In this document: in pieces, positions 9,385-19,966 of the stretch
Position numbering within the stretch: the stretch's first letter is position 1
How the letters are laid out: every line of letters begins with the position of its first letter
Source of the DNA: an uncultured Omnitrophica bacterium
GTDB taxonomy: Bacteria; Omnitrophota; Gorgyraeia; JACQQV01
Reading direction: 5' to 3'
NCBI GenBank assembly: GCA_947085655.1
Contig: CAMTXH010000005.1
Location: 6,110 to 70,109 of the forward strand
DNA length: 64,000 bases
The notes under the pieces: generated by a model
Seen by the model: the letters and a program-made list of their open reading frames with translations, nothing else
Databases searched by the model: none
What the model was told of the DNA's origin: nothing
Made by a program: the position numbers and the translations under genes

Positions 9385-9668
9385 CAGAGGTGGCCTTGAG
9401 GCCTTAATCAGGGAAGCCGGTGGAAATCCGGCACGGTCCCGCCGCTGTAACCCCGCCTTTTCCATCATGGAAAAGGAACTCTTTCAGCAAGAAGATACCA
9501 CTGCCCAGCACTAATTTTTCAAGAAAATTAGTGCTGGGTGGGAAGGTGCGCTGGAAGAGCGGGGGAGTCAGAAGACCTGCCTTTGCACAAAAGACCACTG
9601 CCCCGTGGTGAGGGTAAGGGTGGATAAACCGGGAATTCTCCCTGCTTCAGATGAGGCAGGGTTTTTTA
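9385..9668 (+). promoter_or_regulatory. Cobalamin (B12) riboswitch with terminator-type expression platform
   Basis: GGGAAGCCGGTGGAAATCCGGCACGGTCCCGCCGCTGTAA core; CCACTGCCC; B12 box GGAGTCAGAAGACCTGCC at 9564-9581; terminal hairpin ccctgc/gcaggg plus T-run at 9640-9668. Confidence 0.9.
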
Positions 9669-9771
9669 TTGAGGCCACAACTTACGGAGCCATAGGCGAC
9701 GTAAGTTGTACGGCCGAAATAATCCCGCCGCCATGCAGGTGGCGGGATCTTCACCACAGAAAGAAGGAGTC

Positions 9772-11883
9772 ATGCGAAGATGGATTGTGTGGGTTCTGTG
9801 GTTGGCCCCTTTATGGATCGGAGGGGTTTCATTTGCAGAAGAAAAGAAGCGGGAACCGATAGAGGAGTTTATCATGTTCCCTTTTGAGACGGTCATTGAA
9901 TTGAAGCGGCTCTTTATCACCCCTTCGCGTCTTCCGGGCCGTCCGGAGGAGCTTTACCTTTCGCCCTCCCATGTGACGGTGATCACGGAGGAAGAAATCC
10001 GGCGCTCAAAGGCGAGAACGCTGCCGGAGGTGCTGCGCCAGACGGAAGGAATTGTGATGTTCGATGACACCGGGAACAATCAGGATGTCCGGGTGAGTCT
10101 CCGGGGGTTTAATCAGGGAGAGGATGTGGTTGTTCTGGTGGACGGTATCCGGGCAAACGAACCGGATGCGAACAACATGATTTTCCCGCTCATTCCCCTT
10201 GAGGATATCGAGCGGATCGAGATCATCCGCGGAAGCTCTTCGGCCGTCTACGGGGACGGGGTCTTTTCAGGCGTCATCAACATTGTCACCAAAGGCATTC
10301 CGGAGGAGAAAGAGGTCTTTTACGAAGAATCGTATCAACTGGGAAGTTACCAGGCCCAGCGGTTTTTGAGCCGGGCCGGCGGAACGGCCGGGCCGACCCG
10401 GTGGTCTTTGAACTGGATCCGGGACCTGACGGACGGATATCGATCCAACGGCGGTTTCCGCGCCACCTATTTGGACACCCGTTGGGAAATTCAGTCTGAA
10501 GATAAACAATCTTCCGTCCGGATTCTTCTCAAAAATGTGGACGAAAGCATTCAAAATCCGGGATTTTTGACCAAATCGGAGATGGCCCAGAACCGTCGCC
10601 AAAGCCAAAACCCCAGGGACGGCCGCGAGATTTTCAATACGGTGGCCTCCATTGATTTGACCCATGCCTTTGAAGAAGATTTCTCCGTCCGGAGCAATCT
10701 TTTCTACCGGGAAAACAGTCTCGATTTTATCACCACAAGCCGGACCGCCCCGACTTTTGCCGGGACGGACGAGGTGATTACGAATACCCATCAGAAGGGT
10801 TTTGTTTTTGAAGCCGCATACCGTCGGGGTATCGCGATGACCGACCATGAACTGGTAGCCGGCGTGGAGTTTTCCAAATCGGATCAGGCAGACCGCCAGT
10901 TCGATACGGTCGGCGGCGCCCGTTCTACCCAGACGGCGGACCATGTGACCGATAAGGATACCGTCGGGATCTACTCCCAGTACAACTTTGATCTTTATGA
11001 GTGGCTTCGCGTGCATGCGGGCGTCCGGTTTGATGAGGTGGATTTTACCTTCCGGGATGCGGCGACCCCTACGGATAACGCCGACAACAAATTCTCCGAA
11101 TTAAGTCCAAAGGCAGGGTTAGTCATCCGGCCTTTCGAGGATCTTTCCTTTTTCGGGAATGTGTCCCGTTCCTTCAAATCGCCCAATATCACGGACCTTT
11201 TTACGCTGCCGGGGACCGGGAGTCTTATCTCCAACAAACAGTTAGGCCCCGAGAAGGGGGAGAATTTCGAGGGGGGGGTCCGCTTCACCCTGTGGGAACG
11301 GCTCGCCGGCTCCCTTGCCTATTACCGGATCAACCTTTCCGACGAGATTGAATTTGACGTAACCGCGGCCGATGCGTCTGCTCCCTTTGGAAAGTTTACC
11401 AACATCGGAAAAACCCGGCGCCATGGGATCGAGTCCTCCTTGCGGGGAGAAATCATCAAGGGATTGGACGGATATTTGACTTACACACTGACGGATGCCA
11501 CCTTCCGGTCCGGTTCGAACACGGGAAAGCACCTTACGCTTATTCCCGAACATCAAGCGACCGGCGGCGTATCCTTTGCGCCGCATCCGGATATGTCCCT
11601 TCATCTGGATACCCTGTTTGTCGGGGACCAGTATATGCTCGGAGACGAAGCCAATGCGAATCCGAAGCTCGAGCACTACTCCGTCGTAAATGCTTGGGCG
11701 ATTTTTCACCGGGGGAATGTTGAAATTTTCTTCCGGGTGAATAATCTTTTTGACCGACTTTACGACACGCGGGCGGTCCGGATCGGTTTTGCCGAATCCG
11801 GCTCCGGATTTTCCGCCGGAGACACTTTCTTCACCCCGGCCCCGGAACGGAATGTGGCGGCGGGGGCCCGTTTTCGGTTTTGA
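9772..11883 (+). CDS. btuB: TonB-dependent outer-membrane receptor, BtuB-like (cobalamin uptake inferred from the riboswitch)
   Basis: Start at ATG 9772 with agaaggag RBS and signal peptide MRRWIVWVLWLAPLWIGGVSFA; plug and barrel motifs (ETVITEEEI, IRGSSSAVYGDGVFSGVINIVTK); C-terminal ARFRF. Confidence 0.85.
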   Translation: MRRWIVWVLWLAPLWIGGVSFAEEKKREPIEEFIMFPFETVIELKRLFITPSRLPGRPEELYLSPSHVTVITEEEIRRSKARTLPEVLRQTEGIVMFDDTGNNQDVRVSLRGFNQGEDVVVLVDGIRANEPDANNMIFPLIPLEDIERIEIIRGSSSAVYGDGVFSGVINIVTKGIPEEKEVFYEESYQLGSYQAQRFLSRAGGTAGPTRWSLNWIRDLTDGYRSNGGFRATYLDTRWEIQSEDKQSSVRILLKNVDESIQNPGFLTKSEMAQNRRQSQNPRDGREIFNTVASIDLTHAFEEDFSVRSNLFYRENSLDFITTSRTAPTFAGTDEVITNTHQKGFVFEAAYRRGIAMTDHELVAGVEFSKSDQADRQFDTVGGARSTQTADHVTDKDTVGIYSQYNFDLYEWLRVHAGVRFDEVDFTFRDAATPTDNADNKFSELSPKAGLVIRPFEDLSFFGNVSRSFKSPNITDLFTLPGTGSLISNKQLGPEKGENFEGGVRFTLWERLAGSLAYYRINLSDEIEFDVTAADASAPFGKFTNIGKTRRHGIESSLRGEIIKGLDGYLTYTLTDATFRSGSNTGKHLTLIPEHQATGGVSFAPHPDMSLHLDTLFVGDQYMLGDEANANPKLEHYSVVNAWAIFHRGNVEIFFRVNNLFDRLYDTRAVRIGFAESGSGFSAGDTFFTPAPERNVAAGARFRF

Positions 11884-11938
11884 GTCTGCTTGACAAAAAG
11901 AGGTTTCGGAACGTAGGATAAAGAGCAAGGAGGATAAG

Positions 11939-12457
11939 GTGGAGTATCTCTTGATCCTTTTGGCCGCTTTGGCACGGGTGGTGCCGCATCCCTCCAATGT
12001 GACGCCGGTCGCTGCCATGGCGCTTTTCGGCGGGGCATTTCTTTCCCGCCGCTTCGCCCTCCTTTATCCGCTTGCGGTGATGTTGATCTCGGACCTTATC
12101 CTGAATCTGTTTGTATACGACATTCCGATTTTTATTCCGGAGAGTTTCCTGGTTTATGCAAGCTTCCTCATTACAGGGGGTCTTGGCATCTGGTGTCGGA
12201 ACCGCCGGACCCTTGGGGTCCTGGTTGGGGTGTCTTTTGCCAGTTCCGTTCAATTTTTCCTTTTGACCAATTTCGGGACATGGCTTTTCAGCGGGCTCTA
12301 TCCGCAGACCGGAGCCGGCCTTGTTCAATGTTACACATTTGCCCTCCCCTTCTTCCAACAATCGGTGTTGGGGGATCTTTTCTGGCTTTCCTGCCTGTTG
12401 GGGGCGCATCGGATTGCGTCCCGGTGGCTGCCCGCCCGCATACGCGCTTCCTTCTGA
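11939..12457 (+). CDS. Small polytopic membrane protein, BtuM / ECF S-component-like (putative cobalamin transporter)
   Basis: GTG start with aggagg RBS; 172 aa with about 5-6 TM helices; directly downstream of the riboswitch-controlled btuB; function inferred from context only. Confidence 0.45.
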   Translation: MEYLLILLAALARVVPHPSNVTPVAAMALFGGAFLSRRFALLYPLAVMLISDLILNLFVYDIPIFIPESFLVYASFLITGGLGIWCRNRRTLGVLVGVSFASSVQFFLLTNFGTWLFSGLYPQTGAGLVQCYTFALPFFQQSVLGDLFWLSCLLGAHRIASRWLPARIRASF

Positions 12458-13740
12458 TGTCTTTGAGACGCTTCCCGGAGGACTTTCTCTGGGGGTCTGC
12501 CACCTCCGCCCATCAGGTGGAAGGGGGGAATACCCATAACGATTGGTGGGAGTGGGAAGAAAGGGGCCGGGTGTCTGAAAAATCGGGCCGGGCCTCCGGG
12601 CATTATGAGCGGTTTCGGGAGGATTTTGCCATCGCCAAATCGCTTCATCATAACGCCCATCGGTTTTCCCTCGAATGGAGCCGGATGGAGCCGGAAGAGA
12701 ACCGTTGGGATGAGGAAACCATCCGGCATTACCGGGAGGTCTTTCAGGCGTTGCGCGAAAATACCCTTGAGCCGGTTGTGACGCTGCACCATTTTACCAA
12801 TCCTTTGTGGCTTGCCCGGCAGGGAGGATGGGAAAACGGAGAAGTCGTGAACCATTTTACCCGCTATGTCCGCAAGGTCTTGGACTGCTTCGGCTCGGAG
12901 ATCCGGTACTGGGTGACGCTGAATGAGCCGCTGGTGTATGTCTATCAGGGGTATATCGCGGGCGTCTGGCCCCCCGGCGAGAAAAATTTCAAAAAGGCAC
13001 TTCAGGTCATCCGGCATCAGCTTCTGGCCCATGCCCGGGCTTATCAGATGATCCATGAATTCTTCCGGTACCGCAGTCTGCCGAGGCCCTTTGTCGGATT
13101 TGCAAAGAATTACATCGCATTTTATGCCTGCAGTCCCCGCTCGCTCGCGGACCGGCTGAGCCGGTGGGTGCGGCACAGTTTTTTTAACGGCCTTTACCTG
13201 AAGGCACTCACCACCGGCCGGCTCTACTACCCCGGCATTTTTCTGGAGCGGCATCCCGAAATGGAAAGAACCCTCGATTTCATCGGGCTGAATTACTACA
13301 CACGAGATTTCGTCCATTTCGGAGGGTTTTCGCTTCCCGAAATTTTCGGAAATATCTGCAGTTTGGAACATCATGCCTCGGCGGGACCGCGGAATGATTT
13401 GGGGTGGGAGATTTTTCCGGAGGGGCTTTACCACGCGATCCGGGAGATCGGGCGGTTCCGCCTCCCGATTCTGGTTACCGAGAACGGCATCTGCACTCGC
13501 GATGACGAAACACGCTGGGCCTTTATCCGTTCACATCTGGAACAGCTTCACCGGGCCCTTCAGGAAAATATCGAGGTCATCGGTTACCTTCACTGGTCGT
13601 TGATTGATAATTTTGAGTGGGCGGAGGGGTTCGGGCCCCGGTTCGGGTTGGTCGAGGTTGATTACACCACGCAGAAACGGACCATTCGTCCCAGCGCCAG
13701 GCGATACGGAGACGTATGTCGGACCGGAACGCTGGACTGA
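12457..13740 (+). CDS. Glycoside hydrolase family 1 (beta-glucosidase-like)
   Basis: [20 protein letters not shown]-terminus; catalytic TLNEP and ITENG motifs; start ATG overlaps the upstream stop (TGATG). Confidence 0.8.
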   Translation: MSLRRFPEDFLWGSATSAHQVEGGNTHNDWWEWEERGRVSEKSGRASGHYERFREDFAIAKSLHHNAHRFSLEWSRMEPEENRWDEETIRHYREVFQALRENTLEPVVTLHHFTNPLWLARQGGWENGEVVNHFTRYVRKVLDCFGSEIRYWVTLNEPLVYVYQGYIAGVWPPGEKNFKKALQVIRHQLLAHARAYQMIHEFFRYRSLPRPFVGFAKNYIAFYACSPRSLADRLSRWVRHSFFNGLYLKALTTGRLYYPGIFLERHPEMERTLDFIGLNYYTRDFVHFGGFSLPEIFGNICSLEHHASAGPRNDLGWEIFPEGLYHAIREIGRFRLPILVTENGICTRDDETRWAFIRSHLEQLHRALQENIEVIGYLHWSLIDNFEWAEGFGPRFGLVEVDYTTQKRTIRPSARRYGDVCRTGTLD

Positions 13741-15917
13741 TGGTTGTCCTTACCTTTTTTCTCTTTTTAACCGGAGGATGTCAGATGGGTCACGGGGAAT
13801 CGCGTGCCCCTAATCGCTTAAGCCGGGAAAAGAGCCCTTATCTTTTGCAGCATGCGGATAATCCGGTTGATTGGTATCCGTGGGGGGAGGAGGCTTTTCA
13901 GAAGGCGAAGAAGGAAAACAAACCGATCTTCCTTTCCATCGGTTATTCCACCTGCCACTGGTGTCATGTGATGGAGGAGGAGTCTTTTGAGAATGCCGAG
14001 GTGGCCAAGATATTGAACGAACATTTTGTCGCCATCAAAGTGGACCGGGAGGAGCGGCCGGATGTGGATAACCTCTATATGTCGTTCGTCATGGCGATGT
14101 CCGGCTCGGGCGGCTGGCCCCTTTCGGTTTTTCTGACACCGGAGCGAAAACCCTTTTTCGGCGGGACCTACTTTCCGCCGGAGGACCGGTGGGGGCGCGC
14201 CGGCTTCAAAACAATCCTTTTGCAGCTCGCCTCGGCTTGGAAAACGCAGGAAGGGGCGATCGTTCAATCCAGCGAAGCGATCACACAGGCCTTGAGAGAA
14301 CATGGGGACCGGTCCGTCGATCAGGTGGTGAAACTGACCGAGGATACCCTGAAACGGGCCACTGAAGGACTCGGTAGCCAATTTGATTCCCACTTCGGCG
14401 GATTCGGTCCCGCTCCCAAATTCCCGAGAAGCCACACCCTTTCTTTTCTCCTCCGTTCCTGGAGGAGATGGAAGGATCCGGAGAGTCTTGCCATGGCGGA
14501 AAAAACCCTGCAGGAGATGGCAAAGGGCGGACTCCATGACCATCTTGGAGGCGGTTTTCACCGCTATTCCACCGACCGCCAGTGGCGGATCTCCCATTTT
14601 GAAAAAATGCTCTACGACCAGGCGATTCTGGCAAAAACTTACTTAGAGGCGTACCAGATCACGAAAAACGCTTTTTACGCCGAGGCGGCCCGTGATATTT
14701 TTGCCTATGTCCTCCGCGAGTTGCGAAGCCCGGAGGGGGCGTTCTATTCAGCGGAGGACGCCGACAGCGCTCCTGATTCGGCCCACCCCGAAGAAAAATC
14801 AGAAGGGGCATTTTACCTCTGGCGTAAGCAGGAAATCCTGGACATTCTGGGTGAAGAAAAGGGGGAACTTTTCAGTTTTCACTATGGGGTTCTTCCAAAC
14901 GGAAACGCCCTCACCGACCCGCATGAAGCATTGAAAGACAAAAACGTTTTATATATCGCCTATTCGGCGGAGGAGACGGCGAAGACGTTTCAAAAAAGAC
15001 CGGAAGAGGTGGAAACCGTTCTTTCAGAGGGGCGGAAACGCCTTTTTGCGGAACAAAAAAAGCGGCTCCGCCCGCATCTGGATGACAAAATCCTTGTGGA
15101 TTGGAATGGACTCTTGATTTCGAGTCTTGCCTTCGGCTCCCGTGTTCTTCGATCACCCGAATATCGGGAGGCGGCCCGTTCGGCAGCCGATTTTATTCTG
15201 GCGCGACTCGTCCGCAAAGACGGACGGCTCCTCCATCGCTACCGGGACGGGGAAGCAGGGATCCTCGGAACCCTTGAAGATTACGCCTTCCTGATCCACG
15301 GGTTGATCGACCTTTATGAGGCGACCTTCGATCTTCGCTATTTGGAGTCGGCCAAGAAACTGGCGGGGGGGATGCTTGAGCTTTTCTGGGAAGAGGCGGA
15401 AGGGGGGTTTTTCCTGACCGGGAAGGATGCGCCGGAACTGGTCCTCCGCCCCAAGGAAATTTACGATGGGGCAATCCCGGCCGGGAGTTCGGTGGCGGCC
15501 TTGGACCTTCTCCGGCTCGGACGGCTGACCATGGATCGCTCCTTTGAGGAGAAAGCGGAAATCCTTTTTGATCGGATCTCTTCCCAGATTGCCCAGGCCC
15601 CTATGCATTATCCCCAGCTTTTGATTGCACTTGATTTTGCAATCGGCCCCTCTCAGGAATTGGTCCTGGCAGGCGAACAGCGGGACCCTGCGCTTCAAGA
15701 GATGCTGCAGATCCTTTATGAGCATTTCCTTCCGAACAAAGTGGTTTTATTTCACCCACCAGGGGAACAGGGAGAACACCTTGAATCGTTGGCCCCCTTT
15801 GCGGCCTCTCAACATCAAGTGGATGGGAAGACGACCGTTTATGTCTGTGAAAATTATGTCTGCCGGTTGCCCACGAATGAACCGGAAGATTTCAAGCGTC
15901 TTTTGGAGCAGTTCTGA
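13716..15917 (+). CDS. Thioredoxin-domain protein, YyaL/DUF255 family (N-terminal thioredoxin fold plus alpha/alpha-barrel)
   Basis: [38 protein letters not shown]; an alternative start at 13740 gives a lipoprotein-like signal [14 protein letters not shown]. Confidence 0.8.
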   Translation: MSDRNAGLMVVLTFFLFLTGGCQMGHGESRAPNRLSREKSPYLLQHADNPVDWYPWGEEAFQKAKKENKPIFLSIGYSTCHWCHVMEEESFENAEVAKILNEHFVAIKVDREERPDVDNLYMSFVMAMSGSGGWPLSVFLTPERKPFFGGTYFPPEDRWGRAGFKTILLQLASAWKTQEGAIVQSSEAITQALREHGDRSVDQVVKLTEDTLKRATEGLGSQFDSHFGGFGPAPKFPRSHTLSFLLRSWRRWKDPESLAMAEKTLQEMAKGGLHDHLGGGFHRYSTDRQWRISHFEKMLYDQAILAKTYLEAYQITKNAFYAEAARDIFAYVLRELRSPEGAFYSAEDADSAPDSAHPEEKSEGAFYLWRKQEILDILGEEKGELFSFHYGVLPNGNALTDPHEALKDKNVLYIAYSAEETAKTFQKRPEEVETVLSEGRKRLFAEQKKRLRPHLDDKILVDWNGLLISSLAFGSRVLRSPEYREAARSAADFILARLVRKDGRLLHRYRDGEAGILGTLEDYAFLIHGLIDLYEATFDLRYLESAKKLAGGMLELFWEEAEGGFFLTGKDAPELVLRPKEIYDGAIPAGSSVAALDLLRLGRLTMDRSFEEKAEILFDRISSQIAQAPMHYPQLLIALDFAIGPSQELVLAGEQRDPALQEMLQILYEHFLPNKVVLFHPPGEQGEHLESLAPFAASQHQVDGKTTVYVCENYVCRLPTNEPEDFKRLLEQF

Positions 15918-15944
15918 TTTGATGAAATGATATAATAAGAGATC

Positions 15945-16020
15945 GCCGATGTAGCTCAGTAGGCAGAGCAGCGGTTTCGTAAACCGCGGGTCGGAGGTTC
16001 GATTCCTCTCATCGGCTCCA
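15945..16020 (+). tRNA. tRNA-Thr (anticodon CGT)
   Basis: Cloverleaf GCCGATG acceptor, GTTCGATTC T-loop, anticodon loop ttCGTaa, encoded CCA. Confidence 0.85.
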
Positions 16021-16157
16021 CTTCTTTGTGTCGCTACAGCGTCTTGAGGAATCGAAGCCTGACGAGCGCATCCAGTGGATGAAAGCCGCGACCTTATGGG
16101 AGCAGCGTCAGTGAGTCAGGCCGCCTGAAACTTGGGTTGGGTCCCAAGTTGAAGGCG

Positions 16158-16181
16158 ATTCCTCTCATCGGCTCCACTTTT
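16158..16181 (+). repeat. Direct repeat of the tRNA-Thr 3' end (cgattcctctcatcggctccactt), att-site-like remnant
   Basis: 24-nt exact copy of 16001-16024 lying about 135 bp downstream of the tRNA. Confidence 0.7.
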
Positions 16182-17048
16182 ATGTTAACCCAACAATCTC
16201 TCAAAGAACAATTTCCATTTGATCTGGTTGTCGTTGTCTCCCCCCACCCGGATGACAGCTGCATTGCGGTCGGTGGCTTTTTGTACCGCCTCGCCAAGGA
16301 AAAACCTGGCTGTAAAGTCCATGTATTCGTGATGACGAGCGGCTACCGGGGTGTTACGGATCAGTACCTGAGATCGCTTCTGGCAAGTCCAGAGGGGTCT
16401 TCCATTTTTTCAAAAGGGGAGGCGAATCAGGGTCTTTCGCTTCTTCAAAAGAAGGAAGCATCCCCCCCGACGCCGGAAGAGCGTCACATCCTGATCGATA
16501 TGAAGGTCAAGATCCGACGGCATGAGGCGGAGGAAGAGGCAAAGATCCTTTCTTTTATCCCCCATTTTATGAATCTGAAAATATACGACGAGCGGACCCT
16601 CCTCGATGAGGACCGAAAGCGTTTCTTGGAGGAGTTGAAGAAGGTTCATTCAGAGGGGAAGCGTCATCTGATCATCTATCCCAGTATCAACGACGCGCAC
16701 CAGACCCACATCCTCTGCATGCAACTCGCCCTCGATGTCGTGGAATCGAACTATCCCAAGGCGTACGAAAAATGGGCCTATGAGTCTCCATGGGCACGGA
16801 TCCACGGACGCGCGGATATCATTATCCCGCTCTCCGAAGAAACGCTCCGGAAAAAAGTGGAGGCGACGCAGGTCCACCGGTCCCAGGTGAGCCGGACCCC
16901 GTATGGAGACCTGGTCGAGGGGATTGCGATCCGAAACGCCGCGGTGTTATCGGAGTTGCTGGGAACCTTCAGTCCGGAGAAGGCCTATTCGTTAGGCAAG
17001 TACGCAGAAGTCTTAACCAAACGAAGCGATCGCATCATCTATCTCTAA
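16182..17048 (+). CDS. PIG-L/LmbE family N-acetylglucosaminyl deacetylase
   Basis: VVVSPHPDDSCIAVGG (HPDD motif) and DAHQTH; start taken at ATG 16182 just after the tRNA-derived repeat. Confidence 0.7.
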   Translation: MLTQQSLKEQFPFDLVVVVSPHPDDSCIAVGGFLYRLAKEKPGCKVHVFVMTSGYRGVTDQYLRSLLASPEGSSIFSKGEANQGLSLLQKKEASPPTPEERHILIDMKVKIRRHEAEEEAKILSFIPHFMNLKIYDERTLLDEDRKRFLEELKKVHSEGKRHLIIYPSINDAHQTHILCMQLALDVVESNYPKAYEKWAYESPWARIHGRADIIIPLSEETLRKKVEATQVHRSQVSRTPYGDLVEGIAIRNAAVLSELLGTFSPEKAYSLGKYAEVLTKRSDRIIYL

Positions 17049-17092
17049 AGATGAGCTTCACACCAAGGACTTCAGAAAGGGTAAGGAACGAG

Positions 17093-17608
17093 ATGAATGA
17101 CCTGAAACAACTGATTCGGGACGTGCCGGATTTTCCCAAACCAGGAATCCTCTTTCGGGACATTACCCCCCTTCTCCGGGACCCGCGCGCGATTCAGAAA
17201 GTGGTCACGCAGTTTGCGGGCCGGTATACGGGAAAGCGGATTGATGCGGTGGTTGCGGTGGAATCGCGCGGGTTTATTTTAGGCGCAGCCGTTGCCTACC
17301 GGCTCGGGGCGGGGCTTGTGCCGGTTCGGAAGCAGGGAAAACTGCCGTGGAAAACGTATCATAAGGAATGTCTTCTTGAATACGGTAAGGAAGTTCTGGA
17401 AATCCATCAGGATGCTCTTTCACCCGGCGAACAGGTCCTCATTATGGATGATGTGCTGGCCACCGGAGGGACGCTTGCTGCGACAGTTCACCTGGTGGAA
17501 AGAATGAAAGCGCATGTGGTGGAGGTGGCCTGTCTCGCGGAGTTGACTGGTTTGGCCGGCCGGGCGAAACTTTCACCCCATCTCGTTTTTTCGTTGCTTC
17601 AATATTAA
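17093..17608 (+). CDS. apt: Adenine phosphoribosyltransferase
   Basis: MNDLKQLIRDVPDFPKPGILFRDITPLL and the PRPP-binding LIMDDVLATGGT motif. Confidence 0.85.
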   Translation: MNDLKQLIRDVPDFPKPGILFRDITPLLRDPRAIQKVVTQFAGRYTGKRIDAVVAVESRGFILGAAVAYRLGAGLVPVRKQGKLPWKTYHKECLLEYGKEVLEIHQDALSPGEQVLIMDDVLATGGTLAATVHLVERMKAHVVEVACLAELTGLAGRAKLSPHLVFSLLQY

Positions 17609-17610
17609 AC

Positions 17611-18414
17611 ATGATGATGAAAATCGGTCTGATGTGCCCCATGAAGGAAGAAGCGGAGTTCATCGCAAAACAGCTTGAACGACCGCACCGGCTGAAACTT
17701 TTGGGGACGCAAGTGCAAGAAGGGATGTGGCACAACTTCCATTGCATCGTTATGCAATCGGGACTCGGCAAGGTCGCCGCCGCCGCGGGGACACAGGCGC
17801 TGATCGACACCTGTCAGGTTGGAGCCGTTTTCGTGGTGGGGCTTGCCGGGGCTCTGGATCCCGCCCTCCGGATCGGGGATATTGTGATTGCGGATGAACT
17901 CATCCAGCACGATTTGGATGTCCGCCCCTTATTTGACTATACGGTCATTCCCGATCTCGGTCTGAAGTCTATCGAGACAGATAGGTCCCTGCGCCAAGCG
18001 GCCTTTTCGGCGGCGGAGGAATTGGCCAAAAAACGATTTCCAACGCTTTTTAGCGAAGAAGTCAAGACCCGCTTCGGCCTTTTGATACCGCAGGTGAAAG
18101 TCGGTCCGGTGTTGACAGGGGACCAGTTTGTGTCGGGGGATGGAACCGGGCGGCTGCGGCAGCTTTTTCCAAAAGCACTCTGTGTTGAGATGGAAGGAGC
18201 CGCAGCGGCTCAGGTCTGTTTGATGAACAGCGTTCCTTTGGCAGTTCTTCGCGTTATTTCAGACAGGGCGGATCACAAGGCCCAGTTTGATTTTACAGGA
18301 TTCTTGAACGAAGTAGCGGGGAAATACGGCTTTGCCCTGCTCGATCTTCTCCTCAGCCGTCACCTTTCGGAGGATTTTCGTGAAGATTATCGCCCATCGG
18401 GGCGCCAGCGCTGA
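17611..18414 (+). CDS. mtnN: 5'-methylthioadenosine/S-adenosylhomocysteine nucleosidase family (PNP_UDP_1)
   Basis: MKIGLMCPMKEEAEF and GLGKVAAAAGTQAL resemble the MTAN family; 267 aa. Confidence 0.6.
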   Translation: MMMKIGLMCPMKEEAEFIAKQLERPHRLKLLGTQVQEGMWHNFHCIVMQSGLGKVAAAAGTQALIDTCQVGAVFVVGLAGALDPALRIGDIVIADELIQHDLDVRPLFDYTVIPDLGLKSIETDRSLRQAAFSAAEELAKKRFPTLFSEEVKTRFGLLIPQVKVGPVLTGDQFVSGDGTGRLRQLFPKALCVEMEGAAAAQVCLMNSVPLAVLRVISDRADHKAQFDFTGFLNEVAGKYGFALLDLLLSRHLSEDFREDYRPSGRQR

Positions 18415-19057
18415 ATGCCCCGAGAATACGGTGGCGGCATTCGAACGGGCCCTTGAAATCGGCGTGGATGCCGTTGAACTGGACCTCCTCATCACAAAAG
18501 AGGAGCGGCTTGTGGTGCGGCATGACGATCTCATCCGGCAAAAGGGAAGCTGGCATTCCATTCGGGAACTCTCCTTTGACGAATTAAAAGAGGTGGACGT
18601 GGGGAAAGGGGAGAGGATTCCTTCTCTGGAGGAGGTCTTCGACCGTTTTTACGGCCGCTCTCCTCTGATGTTGGATCTGAAAACGTTCGGGCTGGCCGAA
18701 TCCCTTTCGGAATTTCTCATCAGGCGGAAAGCCCTGCAGGGTGTCCACATCACCTCCTTTCTCCATTCCGAAATCGTTGAAATTGCCAAACGGATACCAG
18801 GCATTGAGCGTTCCATTGTCGTGGCCGCGATGCCGATTGACTTTGAGCCCCTTTTCCGGGATTCCGGCACGCAAGAAGTGAGTCTTTTTCGCGGCTACCT
18901 GAATGAGACAATTACCAAGCGACTTCAAGATCACGGCATCCGTGTCCGCGCTTATCCGGTGAATTGGCCGGAGGAAGCCAAACGATTCGCCTCCTGGGGG
19001 GTGGATGCCATTTTTACCGATGATCCTGCCCGGATGCAGTCTTTTCGGAAACTTTAG
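18380..19057 (+). CDS. Glycerophosphodiester phosphodiesterase family protein
   Basis: GTG start with ggagga RBS; IIAHRGASAECPENTVAAFERALEIGVDAVELDL GDPD signature. Confidence 0.75.
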   Translation: MKIIAHRGASAECPENTVAAFERALEIGVDAVELDLLITKEERLVVRHDDLIRQKGSWHSIRELSFDELKEVDVGKGERIPSLEEVFDRFYGRSPLMLDLKTFGLAESLSEFLIRRKALQGVHITSFLHSEIVEIAKRIPGIERSIVVAAMPIDFEPLFRDSGTQEVSLFRGYLNETITKRLQDHGIRVRAYPVNWPEEAKRFASWGVDAIFTDDPARMQSFRKL

Positions 19058-19108
19058 GTTGTCAACCGCGCCACAATCGCCTATAATAAAGTTCTCCGGG
19101 GTGTTCTG

Positions 19109-19963
19109 ATGTGGCTCGGTGCGCATATGTCGATCGCCGGAGGGCTCGAGAAAGCGATCGAACGGGGTGCATCCATCGGGTGTACCGCCATTCAAATTTT
19201 TACCAAAAACAGCAATCAGTGGCGCACCCCTTCTCTTTCGGAAAAAGAAATCCGTGCTTTCAAGACGCAAAGGGATGCTTGGGGAAAAGGTTCCCTATTT
19301 GCACACGATTCCTACCTGATTAATTTGGGGAGCCCGGATGAGGTGCTGTTTCGAAAGTCCCTCAGCGCCTTTCAGGAGGAATACGACCGTTGCGGGCAAC
19401 TGGACCTTGATTTTTTGGTGATGCATCCCGGCGCCCATGTCGGCGCGGGGGAGGAAGGATGCCTGGCCCAGATTGCAAGGGCCGTTCAGACGGTTCTCGG
19501 CCATTCGCCCGGTGTCCGGACCAAAATTCTTTTTGAAGTAACGGCCGGTCAGGGCTCGAATGTCGGCTACCGGTTCGAGCATCTAAAGTTTCTCCTTGAA
19601 AAAAGCGGGCCGGCGGAGCGGCTCGGCATCTGTTTCGATACCTGTCATGTCTTTGCGGCCGGATACGATTTGCGGACCCAGAAGGTCTACGAGGAGACGA
19701 TGGCCGAGTTCGACCGGATTGTGGGAACGAAAAATATCAGGGCGTTCCACCTCAACGACTCCAAAAAGGGACTGAACTGCCGGGTGGACCGGCACGAGCA
19801 TATCGGAAAAGGAGCGATCGGGCTCGAGGGATTCCGGGCGCTGATGAACGACGGGCGGTTTCGGGACGTACCCAAGGTTCTCGAGACCCCGAAGGGGGAG
19901 GATATGGCCGAGGATGTCATGAATTTGAAGACCCTGCGACGTTTGATTTCCAAAAGGACATAA
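19109..19963 (+). CDS. nfo: Endonuclease IV (deoxyribonuclease IV)
   Basis: LGAHMSIAGG N-terminus; H/D/E metal ligands in TCHVFAAGYD and HLNDSK; TTGTCA-17-TATAAT promoter at 19062-19090. Confidence 0.85.
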   Translation: MWLGAHMSIAGGLEKAIERGASIGCTAIQIFTKNSNQWRTPSLSEKEIRAFKTQRDAWGKGSLFAHDSYLINLGSPDEVLFRKSLSAFQEEYDRCGQLDLDFLVMHPGAHVGAGEEGCLAQIARAVQTVLGHSPGVRTKILFEVTAGQGSNVGYRFEHLKFLLEKSGPAERLGICFDTCHVFAAGYDLRTQKVYEETMAEFDRIVGTKNIRAFHLNDSKKGLNCRVDRHEHIGKGAIGLEGFRALMNDGRFRDVPKVLETPKGEDMAEDVMNLKTLRRLISKRT

Positions 19964-19966
19964 CCG

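Noticed and set aside
9706-9771. Upstream extension of the btuB ORF to ATG 9706
   Set aside because: The extension overlaps the riboswitch terminator and lacks an RBS. ATG 9772 has agaaggag 6 nt upstream and begins a clean signal peptide.
11242-12018. 258-aa minus-strand ORF spanning the btuB 3' end and the BtuM-like gene start
   Set aside because: It is antisense to two well-supported plus-strand genes and has no start context or motifs.
12331-13434. 367-aa minus-strand ORF
   Set aside because: It is antisense to the GH1 glycosidase gene, whose catalytic motifs are intact. It is a GC-rich shadow ORF.
16137-16181. N-terminal extension of the PIG-L deacetylase ORF
   Set aside because: It would be encoded by the duplicated tRNA 3' fragment. 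The conserved protein begins at ATG 16182.
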